From Octopus sinensis (lineage: Eukaryota): DNA of 64,000 bases. Numbering within the stretch: position 1 is the stretch's first letter; every line of letters begins with the position of its first letter. The position numbers and the translations under genes were made by a program. Below the pieces are notes generated by a model, which saw only the letters and a list, made by a program, of their open reading frames with translations, did not search any database and was not told the DNA's origin. Positions 40,729-54,858 of the stretch are shown here, piece by piece. The stretch lies in NCBI RefSeq assembly GCF_006345805.1, contig NC_043004.1, positions 53,878,001 through 53,942,000 on the forward strand. Reading direction: 5' to 3'.

Positions 40729-41065
40729 CATATACCACGACAATATTTCAGATGTTACCACATTAATGCCATTACACTCGACTGAAACGCCGAAACGCTA
40801 ACAGCACGAGAACGGTGAAGAAGTTTCAATAAATTAGTAATGCAATACTAGAGTATTGCTTTCCAGTAAAGAATAGCCCGTGAGGGAAAAATATACAAAG
40901 AAGTAAATCTTCACGGGCTATTCTTTACTGGAAAGCAATACTCTAGTATTGCATTACTAATTTATTGAAACTTCTTCACCGTTCTCGTGCTGTTAGCGTT
41001 TCGGCATTTCAGTGGAGTATAATGGCATTAATGTGGTAACATCTGAAATGTTGTCGTGGTATATG

Positions 41066-41142
41066 TTTGGCTGATGAAGATAGATCAAGTTTATGGGTGG
41101 CAGACATATCTTGAAAAATCTGAAACCTGCGCAGGTCCCACA
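41066..41142 (+). ncRNA. Type I hammerhead ribozyme, second arm
   Basis: tttgg-CTGATGA(41071-41077)...GAAAC-ctgcgcag-GTC(41135-41137)-ccaca; one helix I mismatch. Confidence 0.82.
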
Positions 41143-41391
41143 TTATCCTTTTCCAGGTATTTCATCTTTCAGATGTTCTCCCTGGAGGTAAGACAATTTT
41201 TTCTAGTTTGTTGCACACACGCATTTTTGCTAGTACATACGCGGTGAAGCTATACATTAGCGTCGTATTATTACGTTCGCTATTTCAAGTAAATATCGGT
41301 ACTTCGTTGTGCCATATATTTACTTCTTTGTATATTTTTCCCTCACGGGCTATTCTTTACTGGAAAGCAATACTCTAGTATTGCATTACTA

Positions 41392-41472
<81 letters not shown>

Positions 41473-41929
41473 ATATAATATATATATATGCGTGTGTGTG
41501 TGTGTGTGTATGTATGTATATATAATGTTGATGCACTCATATGCACAATGCGCCCACACGGTATCTGCAAATATATAATTTTAAATCAGTAGGTAAGCAA
41601 CATTTTCTTCTCCCTCTTCTCATCTTCCAGCTTCTTTCCCTACCTCTTCTCTCTCTCTCTCTCTCTCCCTCTTATCCTTCATTCTTCCTTCTCCTTCTTC
41701 TCTTCTTCCTCTCATTTCTTTTCCTAGTCCTCCTCATCATCATTATCAACATCATTATCACCACCATCCTTTAGTGTATCTGCAACTGATGAACGTCCAG
41801 AGGTCAACGGTAACTAGAAAATAATTTAGACAAGAATTGAAGCCATTTTCAAAGTCAGCTCGAAATCAGACTCTGCATTTCATTCTCTCTTTTTTTCTTT
41901 CTTCCTTTCTTTCTTTCTCACTTCCTCAT

Positions 41930-41972
<43 letters not shown>

Positions 41973-42421
41973 CATCATTATCATCTAGAGTAAATATGTC
42001 TTTATCTAGATGTAAGAGACAAGGATCTTCTTATAACATTTTTGGTATAATTGACTTGTATGAAATAGCTTGGAGCAAATGAAAGTGAAATAGGAAGGGA
42101 TGGAAAGAGAACGAAAGAGAGAGACAGACAGACAGAGACAGAGAGAGAGAGAGACAGACAGAGACAGAGAGAGAGAGAGGAGGCTGGAGTGACAGAGAAA
42201 GACAGAGAAAATAGAGATAAACGGCACTCACCAAAGGTTACCATGGTTGTAGACTTAGGGAAATAATTGAACTGCTGTAAAGTAAGTATTTTGCTTTATT
42301 TTTACTTTATTGAAATTTAAATGGCTTCCTTTATTTTGCCAAACATACACCTTTATCCTCCAGCCGTCAACATCAATATCAATATCACTACGACCACCAT
42401 AAACATTACAACAGCAGTATA

Positions 42422-42796
42422 TCTTTATATATAAAAGTCAAGTTGTCTCCTACGATTTAGATTCCTAACTACTCCCACATTTTGCGGTGTAGTGTATCTT
42501 ATAGTCGTGATTCATATCGAGCCCTTCTGGGTATTAGCGCGCGTCTACGATTAGTCTACGATTTTAAAAATAATTTACCATAATTTTCTTTCCATTTTAA
42601 TGCATTTTTTCGCTATTATATAAGAGAAGTAACTCTCTAAAAATGTCTACGATGAGTCAACGATTTAAAAAAAATTTACCATCATTTTTCTTCCATTTTA
42701 ATGCATTTTTTTGCTATTTTTTGGCTATAACTCTCTAAAAATGCTTATATAGTTATTTCCCTTACAAACCCGAGCAACGCCGGGCGATACTGCTAG
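42422..42796 (+). mobile_element. Non-autonomous Helitron
   Basis: A|TC start (tctttatatataaaag), subterminal hairpin cccg-agcaacgc-cggg at 42769-42784, CTAG|T end; internal ~100-bp tandem duplication; no TSD. Confidence 0.88.
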
Positions 42797-42926
42797 TTCA
42801 AAATACGATTCTACCAAACTAACCGAGCTAACAATTGAACCTCTGTGTTCTGACTTGTGCCGTTTGAAAGAATAGCCAAATTCCATTAAATAACACTGTA
42901 CTATCCTGGAAAAGAGGACATCCCTG

Positions 42927-44262
42927 TGTTGTGCGACGTTAAATATACATAACTAAAATGTCTTTCGTCATATATATTCTCAAAGATATCTTAAATGGGG
43001 AAAGAATCATCATTAATGGGAACAAAACCAACGCCATTTGCCATACGCCGATCCCAGCTCTGGACCACCACGAATTCCACACCAGGAAATCCTACACCAG
43101 TAGATGCTTTACAATCTGGAAATACACATCATCATCAGTACTACAGTACAGCAAAGGCTACATCACCACAAATCTATTCTACCTGTTATGTCCTTATAGA
43201 TAAACGAATTCCTGCAAAAGTGTAATAACAATATAATATAATCGAAACAAACGTTAGTAAGCACACAGAACCTAATAAAAACTGTTTTAAGAACCAACAA
43301 TCCCAACTTGCTGTCTCGAACTGTAAACTTTGAACTCCAACTTTGATCTATCAACACACGAACTGTGGAACTAGCACGATGATTTTATTTAAACCACAAG
43401 GGTTAAACAAAGAGGGGCCAATACACGGAACAAATGGGTCGGGGACTTATCGAATGATATTACATATATGAATAAATACATAATAATTTCGGATGAACAT
43501 GTAAAGTGAATGGACGCGGAATGGATTTGACCCCACCAAACACATTCCTGTGTTGAACCGTTTGCTTCGTTCTTTTTTGTTATTCCGCTCAGTTAGGCAC
43601 TTATATACTCAACATTCAAGCTACTTTCTTCCATCTTCTTTCGTACGTTTTGACGTCAGGTATTTCTTCTCCAGGCGTGCTTTTCCTCTTAGGTGATATA
43701 AAAAGAGGTTAATCAAAGCACGCCTGGAAACGAAGGTGCCTGATGCGATACCTCTTCCACAAGTCTTCCGTATCACCTCTTTCACAGTAGCTAGAAAGCA
43801 GAATAGAAGGCGAAACGATCTTAATAATCAATTCAGCTGACAGCTTTATTCTCTCCAGCTGTGATAGTACCTGTTCGGTAGAAACCCACAGGTCCTAGAG
43901 ACTCGGACACTGTACGATTTCATACAGAACAGTTTCGCTGGTCTTCCCACAGCGTGCGCACGAAGGCGAAACCGTGACGCCGTGCTTCGCGAATTTATCC
44001 CGAATTAGCAAGGCACTTCGGAAGCACAACCAGGTCAGGGACTTCTGGAAGTTGTCTATAATTCCCGGGCCGAAAGTCCTTCGATGCAGGTTGGCAAGCT
44101 GACTTTCATCTAAACCCAGAGTCTCTCGCAAGCCGCTATCACACTTGCTCTCTACCAGCCCTCTATAGTACGCCGCAGTGGTAACCTCTTCGCCGGCCGC
44201 TACTATTTATATGTAGTGATCCAGTCCATTCTCGCCAGAAAGCGTCGTACTCTGGCACAACA
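42927..44262 (-). mobile_element. Probable 3' LTR of the Gypsy element, interrupted by a Tx1 fragment
   Basis: Minus-strand PPT aaaagaggaga directly followed by TGTTGTG at 44262; inverted terminus tgttgtg at 42927-42933; TATA-like tataaata ~55 nt inside; no matching 5' LTR found. Confidence 0.45.
43381..44195 (-). mobile_element. Decayed L1/Tx1 3' fragment (related subfamily)
   Basis: YYRGLVE, RTFGPGIIDNFQKSL, CARCGKTSETVLYEIVQCP align with 15930-16200; 3' end cccttgtggtttaAATAAA. Confidence 0.85.
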
Positions 44263-44334
44263 TCTCCTCTTTTGAGATTTTGTATTCCAAAAGAATAAAG
44301 AAATATTTTATTTATATTTTTTCTTTCTTTTAGT

Positions 44335-46270
44335 ATCTATTTCGCTTGAGCATTCTCTCAAGGTTTTCAGTCTGCTTTCTTTTTCTCGTGCTGCTTCTAC
44401 AGGACTCTATTACTTTTGGTACCGGTACATCGAATATTTCACAGAATGCTTCCATGGGAACTTTTTTCTTAATTTTGGGTATGCCTCTTCCTTAGTTCAT
44501 TTATATGTCTCTTATTTTCACCGTGAGACCCTTTAATTGGATACATAATTCTTCCAATGTTTCTGATAACAAGGCCATCTTCCTAGCCTTCCTCACCGCT
44601 TCTACAAGTCTTGAAATTCACTTTATCACCTATCTCAACTTATTTCGTTGGATCTTTCGTATTTCCTTTACGTCTTTTTTCCCCTTGTAATAGCTTATCA
44701 AAATGGATTTTATTCTCCTCGCGAACATCAATTCTGCAGGAGGCTTCCATGAATTTGTACTTGGATTGGAGGTCACTGTATATTCTAAAGAAATTTGTCA
44801 GTGCTTTGTCGTTACTAAATTCATTCCTCGCTTTTCTTAACGCTCTTTTAAAAGTGTCCCCAAATCTTTCTCCCTGACCGTTTATCCTCGGGTATTAGGG
44901 TAAGGTGAAAATGTGCTTGATTGCATACTTTTTACAGAAGTTCTTGAATTCATACCCAAAGAATTGCGTTCCGTTGCCTGAAAATAGCGTCTCAAACATA
45001 CCATATTGCGCAAACAATTCGTAGAAGAACTTTATAGTTGTCTTAAAGGTGGGTCTATAGCACCTGCAAACCTCCGACAACTTAGTACAGCTATCTACGT
45101 CTATTAGGCAGTGAGCGCCGTTTACAGGTCCGACATAATCAAGACCTAGAACCATGGGTTTTCCGTCTCTGGCTATGATTGATATTTTAGTTCACATCAA
45201 GTTTTCGATATCTTGGACTATAGACAGCCAATAGTCATAACTCCTCATCAGAGCCTGCATTCTTGTCATTCCTAGATGACCACCGTGAAACTGTTGCAAA
45301 ACACCTTTTTTATAATATAGCTGGAACCACTGCTCTTTGGGCATACAGAAAAATGTCGCAAATTGAAAAACTACTGGCATTTAAATTTTTATTTTGTTTA
45401 TTTTTTAAAGCTACTTTTATTTTCGTTATGTAACCATCACCTACATCTTTGATTCTTATATCTTGTGTCACTGGTAGTTCTTGGATAACGTTCGTCATAA
45501 CACTTTTAATTCCACTTTCTGCCCGCAGTACGGCTATAATAGTCTCTTCTAGAAGTTCCATATTTTTTGGGGGTGGGGAACTAATCTCGAAAGGCAGTCC
45601 GCATGATTGTTTTTCTTTTTCGATTGAAATTACAATTTATTAATATTACACCCCAACGTTACAGGCGGTTCGCAGTATGAATCAGCAACCCCTTTTTAGA
45701 CCCAGAAATCGACCGCAAAAGTTTATGGTCTGTTTGCAATAAAATAACTTCTGTCATGCAGAAACCTATGAACATTTTTTTAAATAATTGCTAGGGCTTC
45801 CTTTTCAATTTGTTTAGCGAGCGCGAAGCATAAAACACTGTTTTTTTTTTTACTTCCGTCTTCGTATTATGAATTAGAACTGCACCTAATCCGAGTTCGG
45901 AATCATAACACGCTTCAATGATGTCCATTTCGGATCGTACTGTGCTAACGACAGGTCTGTGATGATTTTTTTTTATTTCTTCAAAATTGTTCTGGCATTT
46001 AGTTGTCCAATTCCTCTTTACTAATAAGTTGTTCAATGGATTTCTTGTGCATACTAGGATTGTAGCTTTGATAATACTTTGTCAATCCAATAAATGCTTG
46101 TAAAGTTAAAATATTTGTCGGCGCATGCATATTCCTTATTGCGTCGGCCCTTGATGGGTCAGGATGTCTACCACCTGTATCAATTAATCAATTATTTGCC
46201 TTAAGTACTTAATCTAGGGTAAAAAGAAATGAATTTCTTAGAAATTGTGGGACTATATCTCCATAAGAAA
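44335..46270 (-). mobile_element. Decayed Gypsy LTR-retrotransposon pol (RT C-terminus, RNase H, integrase)
   Basis: GRHPDPSRADAIRNM.APTN..TLQAF; QIEKEALAII; VVPAIL..VLQQFHGGHLGMTRM..LMRS..YW; DYVGPVNG..LIDVDS; SGNGTQF; NGQGERF..TFKRALRK. Confidence 0.9.
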
Positions 46271-46959
46271 AATGGACGGAATTGTCACGGCTGGAAGGCC
46301 TTATATCATAGGCATGCACCATCAGGGCTGGCTAAAGACCGCTTTTTAACAGCAACAAGTAGCATTATTACACAGGGATATGAAGATATCACCAACGTCA
46401 GTCTCACGATCATCACTTTCTTTACCACCTGTCTTTCAACCACAACACCACCAGCAATAACACTAACAGCAACTTCATAAGACACCAATTCTCCCTCACT
46501 TTCACAATACAGCTACTATTGTCGTGGCCATAAGTTTGGAACATTTGTTTAAAAATTAAAATTGTTGTGTAGAGATATACTTTCCAAATAACTAATTCAA
46601 TGGTTCAATACCTAGGGAAAAATAAGCAAAATCAAAAATATAGTCCTAGACCAAATTGCTTAATGTTAATATAATCTGGGCATTTGACATAAAAATTCTA
46701 ATTTTCAGACCTACATTCCAATGTTTTGGCCACGACTGTATTATACTAAAATAGCAACTCTCCAGCATATATTTCGAACACCACAGGGAAGCAAAAATTG
46801 CGTCATTACAGTCCATCTCGTAGTTAGACAAGCAATGCCAGACACTCACATCATCGTCGTCGACATCATCATCATCATCATCGTCGTCATCGTCATCATC
46901 ATCATCATCATCATCATCATTTCCTAGATATTATTGTCTCGAATCTTAGGACACGTGGG

Positions 46960-47190
46960 CTTTGTTATCTGCTTTGCATGGCTTATAAGTGACAAGATCA
47001 GAATCTCCGCCTCCGAACGGATCATCAGTCCATCCGGCGTAGTGTGACAGCTGAACTGAGTGGAGCAGCATGGTATAGAGTGTTTTCCTGAAGAACACTA
47101 TGCACCTCCGATCCGGGAATCAAAACCTCGATTTCGTGATCTTCACTGCGACAAAACTGAAACCTAAGTAACGAGTCTTCATTCAAACCC
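46960..47190 (-). mobile_element. Decayed SINE (CORE-like + Meta-like modules)
   Basis: Minus strand gttttgattcccggatc...tgctgctccactcagttcagctg...ggatggactgatgatccgttcggagg. Confidence 0.5.
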
Positions 47191-47828
47191 TGGCCCTGGA
47201 CCACAATATACTGATAACAATTAACACCGACTAGATTGATATTTAGATGGTATGCATTATTAGCTAACTCTTTTGAATAATGTTGTAGATATTTAAACAT
47301 TTAGGGAGCGATAAATATAATACTTGTCCTAGGGTCGGTTTCTCTCTCTCTCTCTTTCTCGCAGCCACTCTGTTTTTCCCTCCGTCGCCTCTCTCTCGGT
47401 TCCTATTTGTCTATCAGTGTCTCTTCTGGACGAAATTGGTTGTGAATAGTCCTAAAGCGAGATGGGCTCCACCAAAAGTAAAAGTGCCCGAAATAAGCCG
47501 TGTCTTCACGGCATCAATACGACTCCACTTGTTGTTGAGTATCCATGGCAATACGGGCAGAGTATTCAAGAATTCGACACTTCAATTCTCCTTTATTATA
47601 CTTCATTACACCAGTAATTTCATCATCACAGCACTTGTAATATTTACATAGTGTAACACACTGAAGTTACTTTAAGTTATAATCCAACACTGTTGCTACA
47701 AACCAACAAACCTATAATGCGACTGCTTTCACACAGCTACGTTACAATAATAGTCACTAAAACACAACAGTTCCGAAACGCCAGCGGTTGTATCTTTGTG
47801 TCATGTGCAAATTTGAGATTTCAATCTC

Positions 47829-48410
47829 CATTTTAATGATTAACGCACCACTAATAAGGTCTCGCACCACCACAGCAATTATTACACAATTAGCTTCATA
47901 CGAAGAGGACTCGCTAGTAACTACCAGAACATATCAGTCTTGACATTGCCTTAGTTCTCTCTCTTGTAACGTATGTAAATTAAGGAGTCATCCATCCTCA
48001 TTTTAATGATCAAGACACCAATACTGAGGCGATGCACCACCTTAGCAATTATTATGCTGTGACTCTCACCCCCAACCAGTTTCCATGTTAAAAACCACAA
48101 CGCAGTAGTCTCGATACGTCTATTGCTATAACTTTTCTGGCAAATGCAAACTAAAGAAGCATTAATCCTCATTTTAATTCATCACAATTAAGGCAATTCA
48201 CCGCCAGAAAAATTATCTCACATTTACTTTCACACGACAACGTTCGGATCGTAAATGCCACAGCACGTCATCCTCGACATCCTCTCAATTCTATCTTTCA
48301 TGCCAAATGTAACTTAAAAAGACATCACCATTAAGATGAAGCATTAACATAACAATTATTACGCAATTATTTTAATGCAACGACGTTTCGTTGTCGCTCA
48401 ACAAAATTGC
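47829..48410. repeat. Degenerate ~170-bp tandem repeat ending in a relic minimal hammerhead
   Basis: cattttaat motif at 47829, 47999, 48170; minus-strand gcaat-tttgttga-G-cgacaa-C-GAAAC-GTC-gttgc at 48377-48410. Confidence 0.4.
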
Positions 48411-49002
48411 TCAACGTCAATATCCTCTTGTTATTACCTGTAATGCTATGTATAAAGAACACAGGCCTTATTCCTCATTTTAACATGCGAGGAAATGTCT
48501 CTATCCCTGTAGCTGATATGTCATCCATGCAATTATATCCGTTCTCCTTTTCTAACATCTAACTTCACACCTCTCATAAAATTTGATCAATTCGAGAAAT
48601 TATTACGATTCTCGCGTATTAACTTTCCTTTGAAAGATGTTTTCAATATCATTCCGTGTTCAAATCCATATTTAACTTATCAAATGTGACGTGAATGCTG
48701 TAAAAGACCAAAAGAAAATACAAAAACACACGGCAAAGAAGGCAAGAACACAAGTAATATGGAGAGAAGAGAAAACAAGCGAAAAATCGGTTTTGAAATG
48801 TCCCAGTCGTAATATTATCGGGAATATTATAATTACTTTAAGCTGGCACGTTCAATGAGTTTCTAAATAGACTCAAATATACACTTAATTGTATTAGTTT
48901 AAGCAAATAGCTATTCAATTTGGATAACCAACTTGAACATCAATTTCTCCGCTTTTTGTGTAGTGATTATTATATTTTTCATATCACCTTTCATGTGTAG
49001 TA

Positions 49003-49009
<7 letters not shown>

Positions 49010-49073
<64 letters not shown>

Positions 49074-49100
49074 TGTTGTTGTTGTTGTTGTTGTTGCTGT
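49010..49100. repeat. (AGT)n-(GTT)n compound microsatellite
   Basis: Direct reading. Confidence 0.95.
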
Positions 49101-49218
49101 AGTTGTATAGAAAGTGGGAAAGTTATTGACACTGGAGTTTGGGTGGAGAATGGAGACATTATTTCTTTAATTCTTGTTGAAATAAACATCTCTGTAACTT
49201 TATGAACATATATATATA

Positions 49219-49330
<112 letters not shown>

Positions 49331-49445
49331 GTATGTATGTAAATATATGTATGTATATATGTATGTATGTATCGGCACGTATGTGTGCATGTATTTATAT
49401 GTGTATATATGTATAGATACATATATGCATACATACATACACACA

Positions 49446-49493
<48 letters not shown>

Positions 49494-50185
49494 GTCAACT
49501 GTCGATTTTGTATTTCATATGCTTACATCTATAATACCGTATATTTTGAATTGTATCCTGCGGTGAATAATCATTTAACTGTAGAGCAGATGCATCTATA
49601 TTTGAAAGCCCAACACAAAAAAAAACACTTTTATATATCCTCACACACGCGCACATGCACAATACAAACAGACATATTTGTGTGTGTATGTGTGTGTGTG
49701 TGTGGTGTGTGTGTGTGTGTGTATGTATGTGTGTGTGTTTACGCGCGGGCTTGTGTGTCTATGTGTTTCTCTATTCGGGCTTCACTTGATCAACAGAACT
49801 CCCTTTCTTTAGAATTACAATCTATTTTCTTTCTTACTTTTTTCTCTTTCTTTGTATCTTTACTTCTCCATCTTCACTTTCTCGCTAATCTTTAGTCATT
49901 TCTTGTCTCTTCTAACTTAGAGCTGCTTCGTCCTTAGATCTTCTCTTCCACCTTCCTTATTTTCTTTGTCTCCTGTTTCTTTGCGTTCATATAATTACAT
50001 CTCTATCTCTATCTATAGCTTATGTTATGTGTGTCTGTGTATATACATGCATATTATGTACGTAGATATATATATACATATATACATATATATATATATA
50101 TACATATATATATGTACATATATATATATACATATATATAATATATATACATAATATATATATTATATATATATATATATATAAC

Positions 50186-50296
<111 letters not shown>

Positions 50297-50564
50297 TAAT
50301 AAATATTAGGGAATAAATCCAAACTTACAGGGAAAAATCAGATTTAGGATTGAATCCAATTTTATAGTAAAATATTATATTATATTATATTAAATTAGAG
50401 ACAAAACCACTATTATGCAAATCAAACAAAGAAAGACTTAAGCCAATACATTATTTAGAAATTTATATTATTAGCCAATTTATATTATTTAGAAATGTAA
50501 CAATTATTAATATCCACTACGATCGTTTCGTGTCTTCAGTCATCAAATATATACATATATATAT

Positions 50565-50646
<82 letters not shown>

Positions 50647-50734
50647 GTATATATATATATATACATATATATATGCATGTATATATGTATGTATATATAT
50701 CTATATCTATATATCTATCTCAACTCTCTATTTT

Positions 50735-50790
<56 letters not shown>

Positions 50791-50843
50791 ATATATATAT
50801 GTAGGTATATAAACACACATATGTATATATGTGTGTGTGTATG

Positions 50844-50891
<48 letters not shown>

Positions 50892-53193
50892 GAGACATGG
50901 CAGAGCGGAGGGAATGATAGAGATATCCCCAGATTCTACTGTCATACTGAAAATATTGGCAGTAATTACACGTATCTGAAGGTCACTTTTCATCTATGTA
51001 TATCAAAGAGTAATATATAGTATATTTTCTGACTAATTACAGAATCTATTAACTGCACTTTTGGTCTGAAGACATCAGCGCTGTGAACCAGTTGTTTCAA
51101 GTCGTATTATTTTCCGTTACATTAGTAGGTTGTTTTTTTTATACAAATGTGGGTATACATTGCGTTAGTATCACAGTAATGCTTCAGTGATACCCCTGAT
51201 GAGGATCTTTAAACATACACTCACGTTCACACAGAGTACACCTAGTTTACACCAGCGATTAAATACTGATTGTCTGCTCATATCTGTCATCAGCCATTTA
51301 GCATTTAAACCAGTTATATTCTGTTCTATGCTCAACAAACAAGATCTGGCCTCTTACACATATCCTGGCGTTCTAAAAATCATCTCGAAGATGCAACAAA
51401 TTGTAGCTTCGGGATTTCATCGATTTTTCGAATGCCATAATTTCCCTAGCTTATATAGCACAGATTCGATAAAATTTCTAGTAGAGATCTACACAATGTA
51501 TGCACTCCAATATAGTTCGAACGCAATTTTTATCAATGCACTCCACCCACTGTACCAAACTATACTTTCTTTATCATTTTCGCTAAAAAGACCCTGATTA
51601 AATGAAACATTCAAGTTACTGCTAGTCTTGTTAAAAGAGAATATTTTACATTGCTTAAGACATTGTCCTCATTGATCAGTAAATGTTTTATTTTTCTTGG
51701 AGAGGGTGTATTAATATCGGACAAAATATGTAACTTTTATAGAATATACATCGAATTTTACCAACCAACTTTCATCCAGATTTATTAATGCCTGCTAAAA
51801 CAGATTTGTGAATTACAAGTAGAAAAAATGTGCTACACAAGTATTCCCCTTAAGTCAAGATTATATCGTCCTTACTTACACGGGAGAATACAGTAATGCA
51901 ATGCCTTGATAGAATACAAGACTTAACACCCATTTCTTCTCACTTGATATATAAGCTTTGTTGAATCTGTTCTTTAAAACACAGTCTGATATTTTAATCA
52001 GTTACGTCAAGAACGTAACAGTTGGCATTATCTTAAATGGTATTTGCTCGTCTAACGTAATTTTATTTGAAATAAGAATCAAAATAATGTGCCTCTTGAT
52101 GCTAGTATCGTTTCCAAAGAGTCAGCTAAATCAGGCAACATTGCTGCAGTATATATTTTAAATGCATTACGCAAAATCTCCAGAGATTTATATTGAGAAT
52201 ATAGCCTTTTATAATTATCAAAGTTTGACCCACAAAACTACAGTTTATGTCCATATTGCCTCATACACTACCTTCAAAATAAAAATATAGCACATAGCTA
52301 TATTTGGAATGTGTATTCATCAGTTAATATCTTAATACAAAATGTAAAATTCAATACAAAGTTTGATAGGATATATATTATTCAGTTTATATTTTAATAA
52401 AAAAAAGCTTAAATTTTTATACTTCGTAATACCTTATATAAATCATTAAATATCTTATGCAAATCAGAGTCCTATGGATTTCTAAACTTAAATGAAGGAA
52501 GATATATGGAACACTTCATACTAACAAAATTTCGAAATAATTTAACACAAGCCCGCAATTTTCTCCAGTAAATTATTACTCCTCCATAAATTTTGATTTC
52601 TATAATGCTCATCTGGAGACAAACAGAAAATACTTCTACAGTAAATTCATATTTACTATCGACAAAGTATTTCGCATATAATTGCTATAGTAATCCAATG
52701 CAATAATTACACTGTGTAACGCGATTTTTGATCCTTAGGTAGAAACTCCTTTTTCCTATTTGCTTACGCCTAAAAAGTTTGAAAAATGTCGAATATTTCC
52801 TTCAAACTTTGCTTTTGTTACATTTACTCAAACCCCACAGAATCCTTCTCAACACATAGATGTGACGTTCCACCACAATTCCTGCTCGTGATCAAAAATG
52901 CACATATTGTCAGCCACTTAGGGACATGTTGAAGTGGTTAATGTCAACGAATTGACAAGCAAATCTGTAGTATTGAGCAGAATATTTGAAATGTCGATAT
53001 TCCTACTGCAGCAACTCAGCGCTGAATCTGTCTGCAATGGGTTAGTTTTGAAACATTAATGTCCAGGCCACAAAATCAAAGTTTGATGGGAATAGTTGTA
53101 ATTTCCTTTGATTTCTAGATAGACGCAAATAGGAAATAATACTTACTGACCATAGACATAAAAGAATTGCAATTTTGTAACAGAGCGTTATCT

Positions 53194-53422
53194 ATTTCTT
53201 TACTACCCACAAGGGACTAAACACAAAGAGAACAAACAAGGACATACATATTAAGTTGATTATATCGACCCCAGTGCGTAACTGGTACTTAATTTATCGA
53301 CCCCGAAAGGATGAAAGGCAAAGTCGACCTCGGCGGAATTTGAACTCAGAACGTAACGGCAGACGAAATACGGCTACACATTTCGCCCGGCGTTATAACG
53401 TTTCTGCCAGCTCGCTGCCTTC
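53194..53422 (-). mobile_element. Nin/Deu-type SINE, full length
   Basis: Matches 11147-11373; perfect 20-bp TSD tttgtaacagagcgttatct at 53174-53193 and 53423-53442. Confidence 0.93.
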
Positions 53423-53554
53423 TTTGTAACAGAGCGTTATCTGTCATATAAAATACTAGCAGTGTTGTAAATATATTCAAAATATTTAATTGAGTAGAGT
53501 CCTGCTATTCAATATGATACATTATTACACACAAATTTTTATATACATAAATAT

Positions 53555-54131
53555 AGAAAATATATGTAGGGTAGAAAAATTAGAGAAATTTTCTACCAGT
53601 GGCTAGCATAAATAAAAGTCAATAGACAACATAATATTCATATAAAATTAGTGTACATTTATATACGAAAGAGGTGACCCTAAACAGGACACCTTACATG
53701 TTAAAAGGAACAGTTAAAACTTCAAACCACAGTTAAGCGTAATTTTAAAGGGGATGAAAAAATGAAAACATTTTCAATAGTTACCACTTGTACTTAGGTT
53801 TAGAGCGTTAGTAAAAAAATAAAATAATTTGTAATCCATGTTCTTCATGAGCAAGGGCGCTAATAATTAACGTATAATTATAGGACAAATAAACCGCACG
53901 TGTCTCATATTTATACATTATAATTGTTCAAATCCACCGCGCACGCGCAGTTATAGTCGGCAGCAAATAAAAATTTGTGTGCCGACTTTCTTTAAAATTA
54001 CTAAAATCATATTAAGAAAATATATATAGGGTAGAAAAACGAGAGAAATTTTCTACCAGTGACTAGCATGTTTAAAATAGTCAATAGACAACATATATTT
54101 CATATAAAATTAGTGTACATTTATACACGAA
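53555..54131. repeat. ~116-bp direct repeat with 460-bp period (1.25-mer)
   Basis: agaaaatatat.tagggtagaaaaa...gtgtacatttata.acgaaa at 53555-53670 and 54015-54131. Confidence 0.85.
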
Positions 54132-54139
54132 ATACTGTA

Positions 54140-54207
54140 TAAAGGATGAACGGCAAAGTCAACCTCGGCTGAATTAGAACTCAGAACGTAACGGCAGACG
54201 AAATTCC
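54140..54207 (-). mobile_element. Nin/Deu-type SINE fragment
   Basis: aaaggatgaacggcaaagtcaacctcggc...gaactcagaacgtaacggcagacgaaat. Confidence 0.7.
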
Positions 54208-54724
54208 CTAAATAATAATAATTATGACCATAAAGCTTTGAAATGATCACCCTGTATATTCTAACGTAATGACTCTAATACTGAGGCATATACGCCCTCA
54301 ACGGAAAAAAGTGTTTATTAGTACACGTGGGAATCGAATCCACACCTCGTATATTCACGCCCTTGCATACCAATATCCACTTTTTTTTCCGTCGATGGCG
54401 TCTATGCTTCAATTTCTTTAGCCAATACATGGTGATCACTTTTATGTTTAAAATTATAAAGCTTTATGTTTATAATTATTTTTATTATATAATATATACG
54501 ACGCTCTTCATTCACTTTCTGTCTATCAAATCTGGTCACAAGGCTTTGCTCAGCCCGAAGTTATACTTGAAGACATTTGTTCAAGTTTTTTGTAGTGGTA
54601 CTTAACCCAGAACCATCTAGTTGAGAAGCAAATTCCTGACTGCGCAGCCATGCTTCTGCTGCTGTCTTTCTCTCTCTGTCTCTTTCTTTCTCTCTCTCTC
54701 GCTCTCTCTCTAGCTTTCTCTCTT

Positions 54725-54771
<47 letters not shown>

Positions 54772-54801
54772 TATATATATATGTGTGTGTGTGTGTGTAT
54801 G

Positions 54802-54858
<57 letters not shown>

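Noticed and set aside
46990-47035. Minus-strand ctgatga-tccg...cgga hammerhead-like motif
   Set aside because: No GAAA follows; better explained as a decayed SINE Meta-like domain (gatggactggcgtcccgt)
51190-51230. cctgatgaggatc possible hammerhead
   Set aside because: No GAAA or cleavage-site helix downstream
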